Assembly: GCA_951406725.2 (NCBI GenBank)
Contig: OX597827.1
Coordinates: 50,964,001-51,028,000, forward strand
Source of the DNA: Octopus vulgaris
Taxonomy: Eukaryota
DNA: 64,000 nucleotides
Direction: 5' to 3'
The translations under genes and the position numbers were made by a program. This document shows positions 1 through 13,651 of the stretch, piece by piece. The notes under the pieces are model-generated. The model was not told the DNA's origin. It saw only the letters and a program-made list of their open reading frames with translations, and searched no databases. Every line of letters begins with the position of its first letter. Positions within the stretch are counted from its first letter, which is position 1.

Positions 1-120
1 CATATATATATATATATATATATATGCTCTCATGAACTCTTATTCCACAATTCTAATTCTCTTATACACTTATGTTTGGAAGACAAGTACCACAAATAGT
101 CGTCCATTTAAGTGATATCT

Positions 121-651
121 TAAGTGGTTAGAGCGTCGACCTTATGATCGTGAGGTTGTGAGCTCGAATCCCGGACCGGGCAGCATGTTGTGTTCTTGAG
201 CAAGACACTTTATTTCACGTTGTTCCAGTTCACTCAGCTGTAGAAATAAGTTGTGATGTCACTGGTGCCAAGCTGTATTGGCCTTTGCCTTTGCCTTGGA
301 TAACACTGGTGGCATGGAGAGGGGAGACTGGTATGCATGGGTGACTGCTGGTCTTCCATAAGCTTATGATCGTGAGGTTGTGAGCTCGAATCCCGGACCG
401 GGCAGCATGTTGTGTTCTTGAGCAAGACACTTTATTTCACATTGTTCCAGTTCACTCAGCTGTAGAAATAAGTTGTGATGTCACTGGTGCCAAGCTGTAT
501 TGGCCTTTGCCTTTGCCTTGGATAACACTGGTGGCATGGAGAGGGGAGACTGGTATGCATGGGTGACTGCTGGTCTTCCATAAGCAGCCTTGCCCGGACT
601 TGTGCTTGGGAGGGTAACTTTCTAGGTGCAATCCCATGATTTATGTCGTGA
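121..651 (+). mobile_element. tRNA-derived SINE with an internal 222-bp tandem duplication
   Basis: A/B-box-like head (AGTGGTTAGAGCG...GCTCGAATCCC) and CORE-like CTTGAGCAAGACACT. 12-bp TSD taagtgatatct at 109-120 and 652-663. 141-362 is repeated at 363-584. Confidence 0.8.
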
Positions 652-843
652 TAAGTGATATCTAAACTGATTTTCACTAGTTACAACCATATTGGCCTCA
701 GCTCACCACAAAGTTTACTAATTGACTTTTCAATGAGGTCTAGTTACTCCAGTTGTTCTTTTTCAATAAGGGAAATTTTCTTCCCTTTTGTACATCATTC
801 ATAATCTACCATTTATGAATTATTGTTTCTCTTCAGGTTAAAC

Positions 844-1383
844 TAGGGGTCACCAAGCTTTTGTCATAGCAGGACAGATAACTGAGAGAACGATGAGCTC
901 GGGCCACATAACCATTTTGTTCAATACAATATAGTCAATACACAAAAATAAAGACGACCAACATATTTATTTACCAAAAATTTATCAAAGAAGGTGATGT
1001 TGGCAATAAGATAATTATACCACACCTAGTGCATTCATATCCGAATTTCACAAACTAAGTAGCAAAAATGGTTAGTGAGATTTGTGAAATTGATGTCTAG
1101 CTTTTAAGATATCATAGTATTTGTTTTGGAATTGCTGCATCCAACCAAGAGAATAGTGTTCAAATGTTTATCAGTCGGCCTTGTTCAAAGTGCTGACTCC
1201 ACATACTTCAGTTTTGAAAATGTTTGCTCACAGACATAAGTTGCTCCAAACACTGATGCCATACCAGAGACAAATAAACTCTCATTATAAGTACTTATAC
1301 AAAAGGTACAGAGAAGCAACAAGCCAGATGAACTGACCTTGCAGGCCAGAGCTGGCCTGCGAGCTGTAGTTTGCTGACCTCTG
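844..1383 (-). mobile_element. Deleted hAT (Buster/SPIN-like) DNA transposon
   Basis: Termini TAGGGGTCACCAAGCT / AGTTTGCTGACCTCTG and 8-bp TSD ggttaaac/tgttaaac with central TA. Minus-strand remnant MASVFGATYVCEQTFSKLKYV resembles the hAT dimerisation motif FGSTYxCEQxFS. Confidence 0.8.
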
Positions 1384-2851
1384 TGTTAAACATTTGTTTT
1401 TGATATTCTATAATTGTAATATTTAAGTATCATTCTTTTACTGTCTTTAGAACACTAGAGCATGGGATTTTATACTTGCAGACATTAAGTTTTTCCCTTT
1501 CTTATGTAGGTGTAATTCTCATGAGCTGCCTTGAATCTGTTCAACCATACAATTGCAATAAAGCAGAGGTACACTAATATGCAGTCAATATTTATCTCTT
1601 CTGACTGGAAACATATGCCAGATATTTTGATGAGTATTTATGTTTTAGGAATAATTTCCTCGTGTGATATGCCGATTGTTTATAAGCAGCATTATTAGCA
1701 GTAGATAGTTTTAGTGTAATGTGCGTGTGTGATGATGTCTTTCTTGATGTAAATTTGAAATGAAGCCAGTGACTAAGAACTTTGATACACGAACATATCC
1801 TTTGTTTAGTATCACAATGAGCACTAGTCATTATTTTCGTTGTTGATCAAGAAGACCTATGATGAAAAGGTATTCAAACGTGACCATTCCAGAGGGTGTG
1901 CTTTGAGAGAGATTTTGCAACTATTTCTTATAGATTGACTAATCCGGTTCAGTATCTATCATTGACTCTTCCTGAATACCATTACATAGACACACTCGTT
2001 GATGAACGTTTGTCTTACAGAAAATGTGAAGTTAACACACCAAAAAGTTTCCATTTGGTTTTGTCTCCTAAATGGTATGATTATATAGTTTTAGGATTGT
2101 CTATTAAAAGATAGGGTTGAAAGATAGTGGGATGATTTTTTGATGCAGAAATAACACAAGTGTAGCGTGAAACTCTCCCAGCAGAAAAAAAATAGTCATT
2201 CAAAAGGCTATTGGGAAAAACCAAAATACAATCAATAGCTTTATCAATTAGAGTTCAAATTTCAGTTTTCTATTTTCTTAGATTTTTTTCTTCGTTTTTT
2301 TTCTGTTTTTTTTTTTTTTTTGATTTTTGCTTCATTTAAGTTTTAAAACATTTAAGTTCAGTCTTCCAGATGATCCAAAATTTTAAAAGCTTATAGATTT
2401 ACCATTTTATTAAGTCAAATCTGTTTTATTCGTTTATGCTAATTTGGATTGTCATTTAAATTTATATCAACTAAATTTATAAGTTAGCATCAACTATATG
2501 ATTTAGCCCAAATATTTTATCAAATAATGTCACTAATATTTTAAGTATAACAATTTCAAATGAAATTCCCAGTTATATTTGTCTTAAGATTCTTTATGAA
2601 TTCAGTTCTGTTTTATGTGTTTGTGTCTACTTTTATACAACCCACTTTATATTAGTCACACATTTATATATCATATTTATACATCATTGCTTACACATTT
2701 CTAGGAAGCCAGTCACTGATTTTCTGCATTTAAAGCAGTAAGAGTTGTGAGGGAGTGTCTGTGCAATACAGGCAAAACAAATATCACAAGATATCTTTCT
2801 TCAAACACAGTTTATCCATTCTGTTTATTGAATTATGCTTTAAGATATATA

Positions 2852-3730
2852 CAGGGTGCAATGTGTAAATTGTCCACATTTTATACTTTTCATTTCGCGC
2901 ATGTGCATTGTTTGTTTTTGATTTTGTCAGCTACACAGTATAGTAGGGTCAGTTGGGCACTGTCTGTGAGAAAACAGCACCATGATGAAATTCACTCTGC
3001 CAGAAATTTGGAGACGACAGGCTGTACTGCTTGGCATTGGTGCCGGAAGCTCCAACACAAACATATGGTGAACACACAGAGCAACCATTGGCTTGCCATG
3101 TCCCAAAAACATGTACAGAGAGTGATAAAAATCAAACATCCAGTCAACAGCATGGTGTTTGGAGTGATCACTAGTGATGGCAACATAATGCCTCCACTCA
3201 GCTTCCCACACAGCCTCAGACTCAACATGGAGGCCTACATCAAGTGCCTGAAGGAGATAGTGCTGCCCTGAGTCAAGTGGGTGGCTGCTGGAAGATCCTA
3301 TGTCTGGCAACAGGACTCTGCACCATGCTGCACAAGCAGGAGAACCCAGTCATGGCTGTCAGATAATTCCTGTGACTACATCGCTCTTAACATCTGGCCA
3401 CCTAACTCCCCAGGCTGCAACCCCCTTCATTATGTGTGGGTTGAGCAAGAGACCAACAAAACTCCTTGTAACACCAAAGATGAACTAAAGGCAAGGATTA
3501 TGGCAGCATTCACCAACATAAACAAGGAGACTGTCCAGAAGAGTTTCAGGAGATTCCAAAGTCATCTGGAGGCCGTGGTTAAAGCCAATGACGATTTTAT
3601 TGAATAAATTTACTCCTTGGTATTTCAAGATATTTTTATGTAATTTTGGTAAATACATCTGTTAAGATGAGATATCAGTGTTATTTTCATTTTTGCGTAA
3701 TTTAAACAATAAAATATTCACTGCACCCTG
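2852..3730 (+). mobile_element. Tc1/mariner superfamily transposon (maT, DD37D-type), defective
   Basis: TA-flanked TIRs CAGGGTGCA...TGCACCCTG. Transposase remnant MVFGVITSDG...VWQQDSAP...WPPNSPGCNPLHY has 37 residues between the second D and the third catalytic position (D changed to H) and an in-frame stop at 3269-3271. Confidence 0.88.
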
Positions 3731-3757
3731 TATGTATATGTGAGTGTATGTATATAT

Positions 3758-3804
<47 letters not shown>

Positions 3805-4661
3805 ACAGAGAGAGAGTGGGGGAACATGTGTATATGTATGGATGGATGGATGGACAAACAAACAGACAGACTGCCAGATGAATGGACAAACAGACAGACA
3901 GATGGACAGATGGATGGCTAATCAAAACAAAAGAAAATGCTTTGAGAACATTTTTATTCTATTACATCCACACCCATCACTATTTCTACCACTACAATAG
4001 TGATGGAAATTGGAAGGCTGTGGATGTAACGAGAATGGTTTGTTCCTCTCTTTCAATACTAAGAAAAACAGAAATATTTTCTTCCTTTTTTTCATGAAAA
4101 AGTTCTCAAAACATTTTCTCCATTAGTTTTTAACATAAATTTACTTGCATGAAACATCTTAACCTTTTCAATGTAATAAACATAATATAGACAGACAGAC
4201 AGACAAGTAGGCAGGCAGGCAGACATACGTGCGTGTGCACACACATACACACACACACACACAGTTTTGCATATTTTTTACCCACCAGATTTGTCTCACA
4301 AACCATTAAACAGCCTAGTGCTATGGCCACTTGCTCAAGTGTCATGGAATGTGATTGAACTGGAACCATGTGTTTGGAAGGTGAACTACAAAGCCATATC
4401 TACCCCATTCTTGTAATTAATATACATACAGATACATAACCAACAGATATAACACAAACTATAGAGTTGTGGATGAAACCATTTGCAAGATTTTTTTTCA
4501 GAGATATATACCAATTTTTATGAAAAATTTCTCTTAACATTAATTTTGTGTCTGTTTTGTGTGTGTGTTTGTGTGTGTTTGTGTGTGTACCAGAAGATTG
4601 ATGGGTTGGCAAAATTATTACAGAGTCAGAAGAAATGCATTGCAATATATATTCTAGCTAA

Positions 4662-4905
4662 GGCAGTGAGGTGGTAGAAACGTTAGCACACTGGGCAAAA
4701 TGTTTACCGGTATTTCATCTGTCTTTACATTCTGAGTTCAAATTCTACAGAGGTCCACTTTGCCTTTCATTCTTTCAGAGTCGATAAATTAAGTACCAGT
4801 TGCGTACTGGTCTCCTCCCCAAAATTTCTCTGTATATATATATATATACTGGGTGTGTACTGGACTTCTCCCAAAAATGTCGGGCCTTGTGCCAAGTGTA
4901 GAAAA
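4662..4905 (+). mobile_element. tRNA-derived SINE family A, older copy
   Basis: GGCAGTGAG...GTTCAAATT head followed by GCCTTTCATxCTTT...GTCGATAAATTAAGTACCAG, a domain shared with many copies in the window. Confidence 0.7.
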
Positions 4906-5048
4906 GAATATATGTTCTAGCTCTTTATTTCAAATCGTGTTGAGGTCAGATTTGCCTTTCATCCTTCCAGGTTTGATAAAGTAAGTGTAATTAACTGACT
5001 TCATCCCACTAAAAACTGTTAGCTTTTTGTCTAAATTGCAACTAGTTC

Positions 5049-5091
<43 letters not shown>

Positions 5092-5176
5092 TTGTATTAT
5101 GTGTGTGTGTGTTAATACAAATGTACATGAAATTGCAATGGTACCTACTGCTCACCGTCTTATGTTTGCATTGCAG

Positions 5177-5387
5177 ATGTCAGAACGTCCATTCAGCAGG
5201 TCAGAGTCACGAACTACAGACTCAGATGATGATGACCTCATGGAAGACTATGATGTTACCATCTTCAATCCCCAATGTGTCAGAAACCGCAGTGCCCTGG
5301 AAAAATTTCTTGCAGTAATACTGGTGCTTTTCTTGGTTGTGATTATTGCTCTTGCTGTTGCACTGGTTCGGTCAAAAGAGCCACCTG
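5177..5387 (+). CDS. M13 (neprilysin/ECE-like) peptidase, coding exon 1: cytoplasmic tail and signal-anchor TM helix
   Basis: Acceptor ttgcag|ATG and donor CCTG|gtaagc (phase 1). Translates to MSERPFSRSESRTTDSDDDDLMEDYDVTIFNPQCVRNRSALEKFLAVILVLFLVVIIALAVALVRSKEPP. RSALEKFL followed by a hydrophobic helix resembles ECE-1 RTQVEKRL plus TM. Confidence 0.88.
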
Positions 5388-5717
5388 GTAAGCCATCAAA
5401 TATTTTACTAAACTTGTTCTATGATGTCACCTGTATTTCAATTAATCAGGCATTCTTTAATCTTTTACCTCTTACTTGTTTCAGTCATTAAACTATGGCC
5501 ATGCTGGGGCACCACTTTGAAGAATTTTTAGTTTAAGGAAAAGTTGTAGTTAGAAAGATGAAGGGTGGTGTCTTGAGGGTGAAGTTAGAGAAAAAAGGGC
5601 CTAGTTGTGTGTGTGTGTGTGTGTGTGCACGCGCGCGAGAGTGTGTGTGTGTATGTGTGTGTGTATGTGTGTGCGTGCATGTGTGTGTGTGCATGCATGT
5701 GTGTGTGTGTTTGTGTG

Positions 5718-5749
<32 letters not shown>

Positions 5750-5767
<18 letters not shown>

Positions 5768-6200
5768 CACAGTGCTTCAAGAATTTAGTTTCATTGAGTT
5801 GGGTGTGTCTTTTTTGAGAACTGCTCATTGCCAGTCATCCTGTCACTTGTCATCTCCTCATTGAAGTTTAAGATCCTGAGGTTAGCCTTCGCTACTTTGT
5901 CTTTCTAAGTCTCTCACTTCTGCAAGCTAGCTTCATCTACATGATGTAAGTGGCACATCGCTGTCCTCATTTATAAGCATTGCATGTCCACACTAGCATA
6001 GGCTTCTTTCTTGCACACTATATCTGATTTTTTTTATGATCAGCTTCTCTTTCAGCATGTTTATGCTGTGTTATTCATGCACACTTACAATTCTCATCTT
6101 TCTGAAATGCATTGTTTGGATTTAGGTGTGAAGGTCATGGTTAGAACACCTTTGAGCATAAGTCATAAGTCAGTCAGAGCTGACCTGAAATGAAACAGCA
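5750..6200 (-). mobile_element. Probable decayed RTE-like LINE 3' fragment
   Basis: Degenerate coding-like tract with no intact ORF. The assignment rests on general resemblance only. Confidence 0.3.
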
Positions 6201-6606
6201 AAGCACAAGAGCTTATGTCTTCAATCACAATTTAATCATTAAAAATGATTTTTCGTTTATATCTGACCACAATGATTTTGGATTGAAAAATTTGAGCATA
6301 ACATTTTGATGTATCAGAGGCTGTTGAATCTGTCAACTGGTATCATTTAGGATTATTTCACAGTCAACTTTCTACTATTCATTCAAACATCTCATGTGCT
6401 GAAATATTCAATCCCACTATGGTATTGTTTTGACATATGATAACAAGTCTGCAACTGGGATATCCTTCACTAGTAAGAGGATCATTTTGTGATTACACCC
6501 AGAGTAACATTTACACTAGCCATGGAAGCATATTGTTGAGGTTATACTTGGATACAAATACTCAAAGTTTAGGGTTGATTTCAACTCATCTTTCATACCT
6601 CTAGAT

Positions 6607-6825
6607 CAGTGCTTTTCAAACTTTTTGCTGGAGCGGAACCCCAAGGAAACATTCCACTGGCTCGGGGAACCCCTGTGCAATAATTTAATAGTCTTATGCA
6701 CACATATCTGCACAGGAAAATTTTAAATTACTGCCGATTTTAGCAGTTTTGTAACTTCTTGTGGAACCCCTGGACTGTACTGGCGGAACCCTAAGGTTCT
6801 GCAGAACCCTGATTGAAAACCACTG
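6607..6825. mobile_element. hAT MITE
   Basis: TIRs CAGTGCTTTTCAAAC / GATTGAAAACCACTG, perfect 8-bp TSD ctctagat (6599-6606, 6826-6833), and internal GGAACCC subterminal repeats. Confidence 0.9.
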
Positions 6826-7133
6826 CTCTAGATATACAGGTAGAGCATCTTACTTAAGTTTTGGGATCCCATTTTCTGTCAGCTTCATTTTGAACAGCAA
6901 CATGCTGCTGTCTTGAATAAAGGTGTCAATGCTGTGAAAGAGAAGGTTTTCTTGCAAAGTTTTCTACAGCTATAGAAATATTGGTTTAAGGCAGAAGATA
7001 CCTCTACTTCAATTCTCCTAAATATTTCACTATGCTCAAAACTCCACAAAATTCAGTATTCTTGATCATATCTCAGATATGTAAGTGAACTAAATCAAAG
7101 GCTTAATTTATTCAAATAGTTAATCCTTCTTAA

Positions 7134-7349
7134 CCCTTTTATTATTCTGTTGAGATGCTCTGTGTTTCTTTCAATTAATTTTAAATATAACAAAGAATTT
7201 AATAAAATAACTTAGTTATCATTAAGCTAGTATTAGGAATATAAATTGTGACTAAGGTTTGGTGGAAGATTTTAATTCAGAACTTTTGAAAACAGTACAT
7301 TTGTACTACAGAACCAGGGGCGGTTTCAGGCAGGTTGGTATCAAAAGGG
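7134..7349. mobile_element. piggyBac-type MITE
   Basis: TTAA|CCCTTT...AAAGGG|TTAA. An inverted sister copy lies at 60957-61178. Confidence 0.85.
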
Positions 7350-8880
7350 TTAAAGGAAGTTAAGACTTTTCTATGCTGTATAGTTAGTTCACTTTAGCTG
7401 GGCCATGCTTAATATTACAATCTCTTATTGAAAGACCAAAACAAGTTTTCCTTTTTTCCTATCCACTATATTTTGTATAAAGTATGACCTCTGTAGATTA
7501 ATTGAGTTCTATCTTTATAGCTTGTGATAATGACTCAGAACTTTTACACTTCATGAGAGGTCTCAGAACTCTGTTAATTTATCTAGAATATATCAGTGTT
7601 GAGTTCAAAAAAGAAGCCAATTATATTTGTATGATCTGAGGAAAACTGTTCTTGTTCAGGATATTCTGCAGAGTAAAAATATATGGTACAATCACTTTAG
7701 ATTTGTTTATATCCTTTAGGTCTACATACTAATGGATTTTGCTATCTTTTTTAAGTATGTGACTCCATACATACAGCTTGAAATAGTTAGTTATCTACTT
7801 CATTTCATATTGTTGAAGCATTTTTTTCTATGAGGGATGATTCCATACTAATAGTGTGCATCTTAAGGAAAATAATTCAGTAGAGCCCACTGTGATGTGG
7901 CAGATTATATTGAAGCATCTGATATTCATGAACACATTTTGATATTCTGTAAGAATCATCCATCTTATGTAGATAAGTGTGGCTGATAGGAATTTCGGTT
8001 GTGGTAGTTTGTTTTCTCCAACTGTCAGTGAGTTGTCACTAAATCCAGAACATTGAATTCAATGCATATCTAATTTGCTCAAAAATTCCACCTTCATATT
8101 AACACACATGCCTTTTTCCAATTTCAAAATAGTGTTTTCATGGAAGAGAAATCATATAAGGGTCTGTCACTTAATAATTCTGAAATATTCAATTTTGCTA
8201 AGACAATGAAGAGATTTGCTATCCAGGTGGCAGGCACTATGAACAACAAAACTTCCATATAAAAACAGAATAGCAATAGCAACAATAATAATTAAATGAA
8301 TATGATTTGACGAAATAATAAGTGCCTATGTTCACAAATATATTCTTTAACATAAACTAAGTTTTCAAACAAATGCATCCTTATTTTCTACCGCCAAGAT
8401 ATGCCTGTCTGTGCAAGCTTTTCACCCCTTTTCTTTTTTGTTTCTTGATGTTCACGTTACTCTATGTTTGTGTTCCACTACTTCTGACATCTTTTTTAAG
8501 CATTATTGTATGAAAGACAATCAAGAAACACTGCCCATACAGTCAAGATATTCACCATACATCTTTATGATGTGTGGTGGATTCCTTACAGCTGAACACT
8601 TTAACATTTTTTTTTTTTTTTGACTAAAGAAGATATGGATGTTTGCGTGTCCAAAATATTCTCTCATTTTCTTTTGCATTATTTTTTTCCTACTTTTTTT
8701 CTGAAAATCAAATTTTATCTGGCAAATGACATTGTATTGGTTTAGAACATTGGTTTTATGAGACACCACTAAAGATAGTTTACCAAGTGATTACTTATGC
8801 ATTAATCTTTATATGAATGTTTATTTCTCTTTATAACACTGAAATGTAAAAATACTTACACGTATACATATATATTCCAG

Positions 8881-9090
8881 ATGACCCTTACTGTTCGAGC
8901 CCAGAATGCATTTCAGCTGCAGGATCAATATTAACTGCAATGGATACTACTGTAGATCCATGCCACGATTTTTATCAATACACATGTGGGAATTGGGTGA
9001 GAGACAACCCAATACCGGAAAACTATGCCAGTTGGGATCGATTTCAAGAACTTTCAGAAAAAAATCTATATCGTTTGAAAGGTCTTTTAG
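8881..9090 (+). CDS. M13 peptidase coding exon 2: Cys-rich start of the ectodomain
   Basis: ttccag|AT...TTAG|gtaagt, phase 1 to 1. DDPYCSSPECISAAGSILTAMDTTVDPCHDFYQYTCGNWVRDNPIPENYASWDRFQELSEKNLYRLKGLL contains the diagnostic M13 pattern CxxxxC...MDxxVDPCxDFYxYxCGxW...P. Confidence 0.96.
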
Positions 9091-10358
9091 GTAAGTGTAT
9101 AAAATATTTTTGCATGATCGAAGAAATTTGATTTTTAGAGATATTGTTTCTGATTTTTATATTCCAATACACACAAACACATGTAAACACACACATACAT
9201 GCACATTGGAGCTCAACACACTCCTCTGGCTCATCAGATCTAGTTAAACCATCCAACCCATGTCTAGACATTAAATGATGATGATGATGATATTTATCCA
9301 CTCCAAGTTGTAAATGTTGAAACTCAGAAACTTGCCCACTTGACCAGGTATGCATGATTATCTCAGTGGTTTATGAAATTCATGTCATCTCAGTGCTCTA
9401 AAATAATAGAACTTGAAAGAAAAAAGTACATTGGTATATGCAAAAGTGATTTTAAAAAAGATACACTAAACACCAGTCTTCTTTTCAATGTGTGGATAAG
9501 AAGAAAGTCACAAAGTTAGCTATCCATGTCTGGAACCAGAAGGTTAACTGCACACTACATTCCAATCATTGTGGAATGAACCTCACCATACATTGATGGA
9601 TCAAAGAAATGTAGGCTTTGTTTAGCTGAGATATCTCATATTCATTTTAGATCTAAGAACTCTATTGATCAACTAAATTCTAAATCTGAAATTTTTATTA
9701 AATGTAAGTATCTGGACTAGTTTCTTATATTGAACTGGAAAGCACCACCCTCTCTGGATTAAGCATGCAGTCTCATAAACTTTGATCTTCTTCCCATTTA
9801 ATAAATTTACCCCAATCATATTAGTTCTGATTAGAATAGGTCAAAGGGATGCAACTCATAATTTTCTTTGTCTCATTCCACTTTTCTCTTTTTCCTTTCT
9901 CTTTTACTTTACTCATTTTCTTTTCAAAGAACAGTCATGTTGTATATTTGAGTCTAAAAGGTTACTTGGAAACATACAGCACACAAAACAAGCTTGTCTG
10001 ACCATTGTGTTTTCTTAGCATGAAACTAATAATAGCTTGAATTTAAATCTTCTGTAAATGATATATACATATACATTCAAACACACATACATGTATGCAT
10101 GTATGTACATATGTGCGTATGTATATATGTATGTCACATTACATCACATTATGTTACATTACTGACACATTTAAAACTTTATGCTTATCAAAAAACATGA
10201 AATTTTGATAATATACTTGTTATTATAGTGGCAAGTACCAAAATGATAGGTTCGTAGAGCCACATGTCTGCAACACAGGTTCAATTTACAGTTCCAGTTA
10301 GTATACCTGAGAAAGGGATGTACATCACCTCTTCACATTTTCTCTTTAATATAATCTG

Positions 10359-10422
<64 letters not shown>

Positions 10423-10799
10423 GAGGGCATTATACATACATGCCAGAGGGCATTATACATACATGCCACACGCTAAGAGGGACAATTAGTCATTTCTACC
10501 AAAAATTTTACTAATCCCACCGAATGCAATTTTTCAAAGTAAGACATTTAAAAATATAGACCTGTATCACAGTGATTTCATACTTACGTATTCATCAGCA
10601 GGCCTGGACGTATCATAAATAAACGACCCTGCCTCGCTTAAGCCGATCAGCTAACTGATCAACATCAACGAAGCACATGGGTGAGTTTACATATATTACA
10701 TCCGGTAAATGGCAGACTTTTACGAATTGCAGGTCTTTCACGCTATCTACCTGACAATTTCTTGTTAAGTTTTCCTTATTAAGTAGTTGTCCTTAATTG

Positions 10800-10831
<32 letters not shown>

Positions 10832-10852
10832 TATCATATCACATCATTATAC

Positions 10853-11310
10853 ACTAGCTGAGTATCCCATCGTTGCAAGGCAATTTCCACAAAATGGTGG
10901 ATTTTGGGAATAGCATGTCCATATGAGTTAGGTTTTCTTCATTTTTATAAGGATTTTAAAATCCTTTTTTTATTACCACACCCCCTTGCAAATGATGGGG
11001 GAAAGCTTTTTATGGAAAAAAATTTGGGGAAATTTATCATTCCTCCTCCCCACTTCCAGATTGATTTTATCCAATTTTTTGCACTACACACTTAAAAATA
11101 ATGGGAGACGACCTTTTAGTGAAAAAAAAAAAAATTGAAAATTTATTTTTTCAAACCTCTCCCCCACTCAGTACCGCTTTTGGCAATTCTTCTTTTTTTT
11201 TTTTTTGCACTACAACAAAAATGTCACCCGAATGAAATTCCTTACAGACATGCAAGCACACACACTGACAAACACACTCACACTCAGTGTGAACAATATA
11301 CTTTTATAGA
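10853..11310. mobile_element. Probable non-autonomous Helitron/Helentron-like element
   Basis: Begins ACTAGCTGAGTATCCCATCGTTGCAAGG and ends in an ACAGAC/ACAC tract plus CTTTTATAGA, the same layout as the element at 42552. Confidence 0.45.
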
Positions 11311-11796
11311 AGGAAAAATTTTACTGTGGGGAAATTGAAAGAGATCGACAAATGAAAGAGAGGAAGTGATCTTGTGATCTTTTCTGTTGCTGTCACAGAT
11401 GTTGAAATTTTAAAATTAAGTGAAAATTTTCAAATTTGGTATATTGATATACTTTTTCACAATGAATCCAAGTTTGTAGTTCATTTATTCTAGAAAAATT
11501 TTAAATAAATGTTGCAGAGATTTAGAGTTTGTTCCTTTTTTCTCAATCAGAAAACATGATATTGGTACATAACTGTGATAAAATGAAAGTAAACGTTCGA
11601 AAGTGAGGCGTTAAACAAAATGAAAGCAATACATGGGAGTAATACATATGCAAAGAGAGTGAGTATCAAAGAGTATAGTAAATATAGGGAAAAAGATAAT
11701 TTGTTCATGATAGAGAGTGAGGAAGTTGTTGACCTACAAGTTGAGTTATTTCTTGTAGAAAATTATATTTTTTTAATTATTATTTATGATCAATAT

Positions 11797-12013
11797 TTAT
11801 TTCTTTATTGCCCACAAGGGGCTAAACATAGAGGGGACAAACGAGGACAGACAAAGGGATTAAGTCGATTACACCGACCCCAGTGCGAAACTGGTAAATT
11901 ATTTATCGACCCCAAAAGGATGAAAGGCAAAGTCGACCTCGGCGGAATTTGAACTCAGAACATAACGACAGACAAAATACTGCTAAGCATTTCGCCTGGC
12001 ACGCTAACGTCTG
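11797..12013 (-). mobile_element. SINE family A
   Basis: Reverse complement of the family consensus seen at 12470, 28856 and 49488. Confidence 0.85.
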
Positions 12014-12465
12014 TGAGAATGTGAGATGCAGAATGTGAAAATCAAATTCATTTTTTTTTATTTGAGGATACACCGTTTCAGAACCTTTTGGGGATACACA
12101 CATTCACTTGCATAATCACATACACTTGCATTTATATACTAGATATACACATACATGCACATTCACACACACACACACACATTCATTATATCCAAGATAT
12201 CCATTATATCTTTAACAAGAGCTGTGTTACTTCACAAAGTAATCTTGTAAATAAAAACAAATTTATGTAATTATTTCAGCAGTATGTTGTTTGACTTTGA
12301 AATTAACATATTACAACCATTTCCCAGTAATCAAAGTATTTCCTTCTGTGTTATTGATGTTATATCCAACTTTTCATTCAGTTACTGAAAAAACTTTGCC
12401 TTAATCATACAAAGGAAGTTAAGGCCATATAAAGGTTTCAAATTTGCATCAATGAAATATTTAAC

Positions 12466-12701
12466 AACAGGCAGTGAGCTGGCAGAGACGTTAGCACGCC
12501 AGGCAAAGTGCTTCGCGGTATTTCGCCTGTTGCTACGTTCTGAGTTCAAATTCCGCCGAGGTCGACTTTGCCTTTCATCCTTTCGGGGCCGATAAATTAA
12601 GTACCAGTTATGCACCGGGGTCGGTGTAATCGACTTAATCCGTTTGTCTGTCCTTGTTTGTCCCTTCTATGTTTTACCCACTTGTGGGTAATAAAGAAAC
12701 G
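12466..12701 (+). mobile_element. SINE family A, full length
   Basis: tRNA-like head, central GCCTTTCATCCTTTCGGGG domain and AATAAAGAAA tail. 12-bp TSD gaaatatttaac at 12454 and 12702. Confidence 0.88.
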
Positions 12702-13187
12702 GAAATATTTAACCATACTTCACCTCTGCCACTTACAATAATCACTTCTATAAGGCTAAATTGCTAGCTAGCTGTGATAATTTGACAAGCAAGAAATAGC
12801 AACCAAACCTTATCCAAACCACAACCTAAGAAAAAGACACATTAGATAATTTGATCAGAGATATACTGCACCTTATTGAAATGAGATGAGGATTTTAGCC
12901 AGAATACATTTGAGGAAAGCTGTTCTGGAGCTAAACAAACAATAATGACACATTCTAATGTTTTATAAACCACCATCTACAATTTGCAGATTGGGTCATT
13001 GAGGGTCTTTGTCAGTAACACAATACAGCACCAATGTCTGGATATGAATCATAGCCATGTTTATCAGGAAATGGAATTTTGCCATTGTGGCTGTCAGATA
13101 CACTCAGAGGCAGAGAAACAACAGAAACCAAGTTCATAGAACACAGCAGCCTCTGAAACCTGCTGCTCGGTTTTGCTGTCCATTCAT

Positions 13188-13651
<464 letters not shown>

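Noticed and set aside
2747-3607. Active transposases (here and in the elements at 30.5 kb and 48.2 kb)
   Set aside because: They have stops, frameshifts, deletions and altered catalytic residues.
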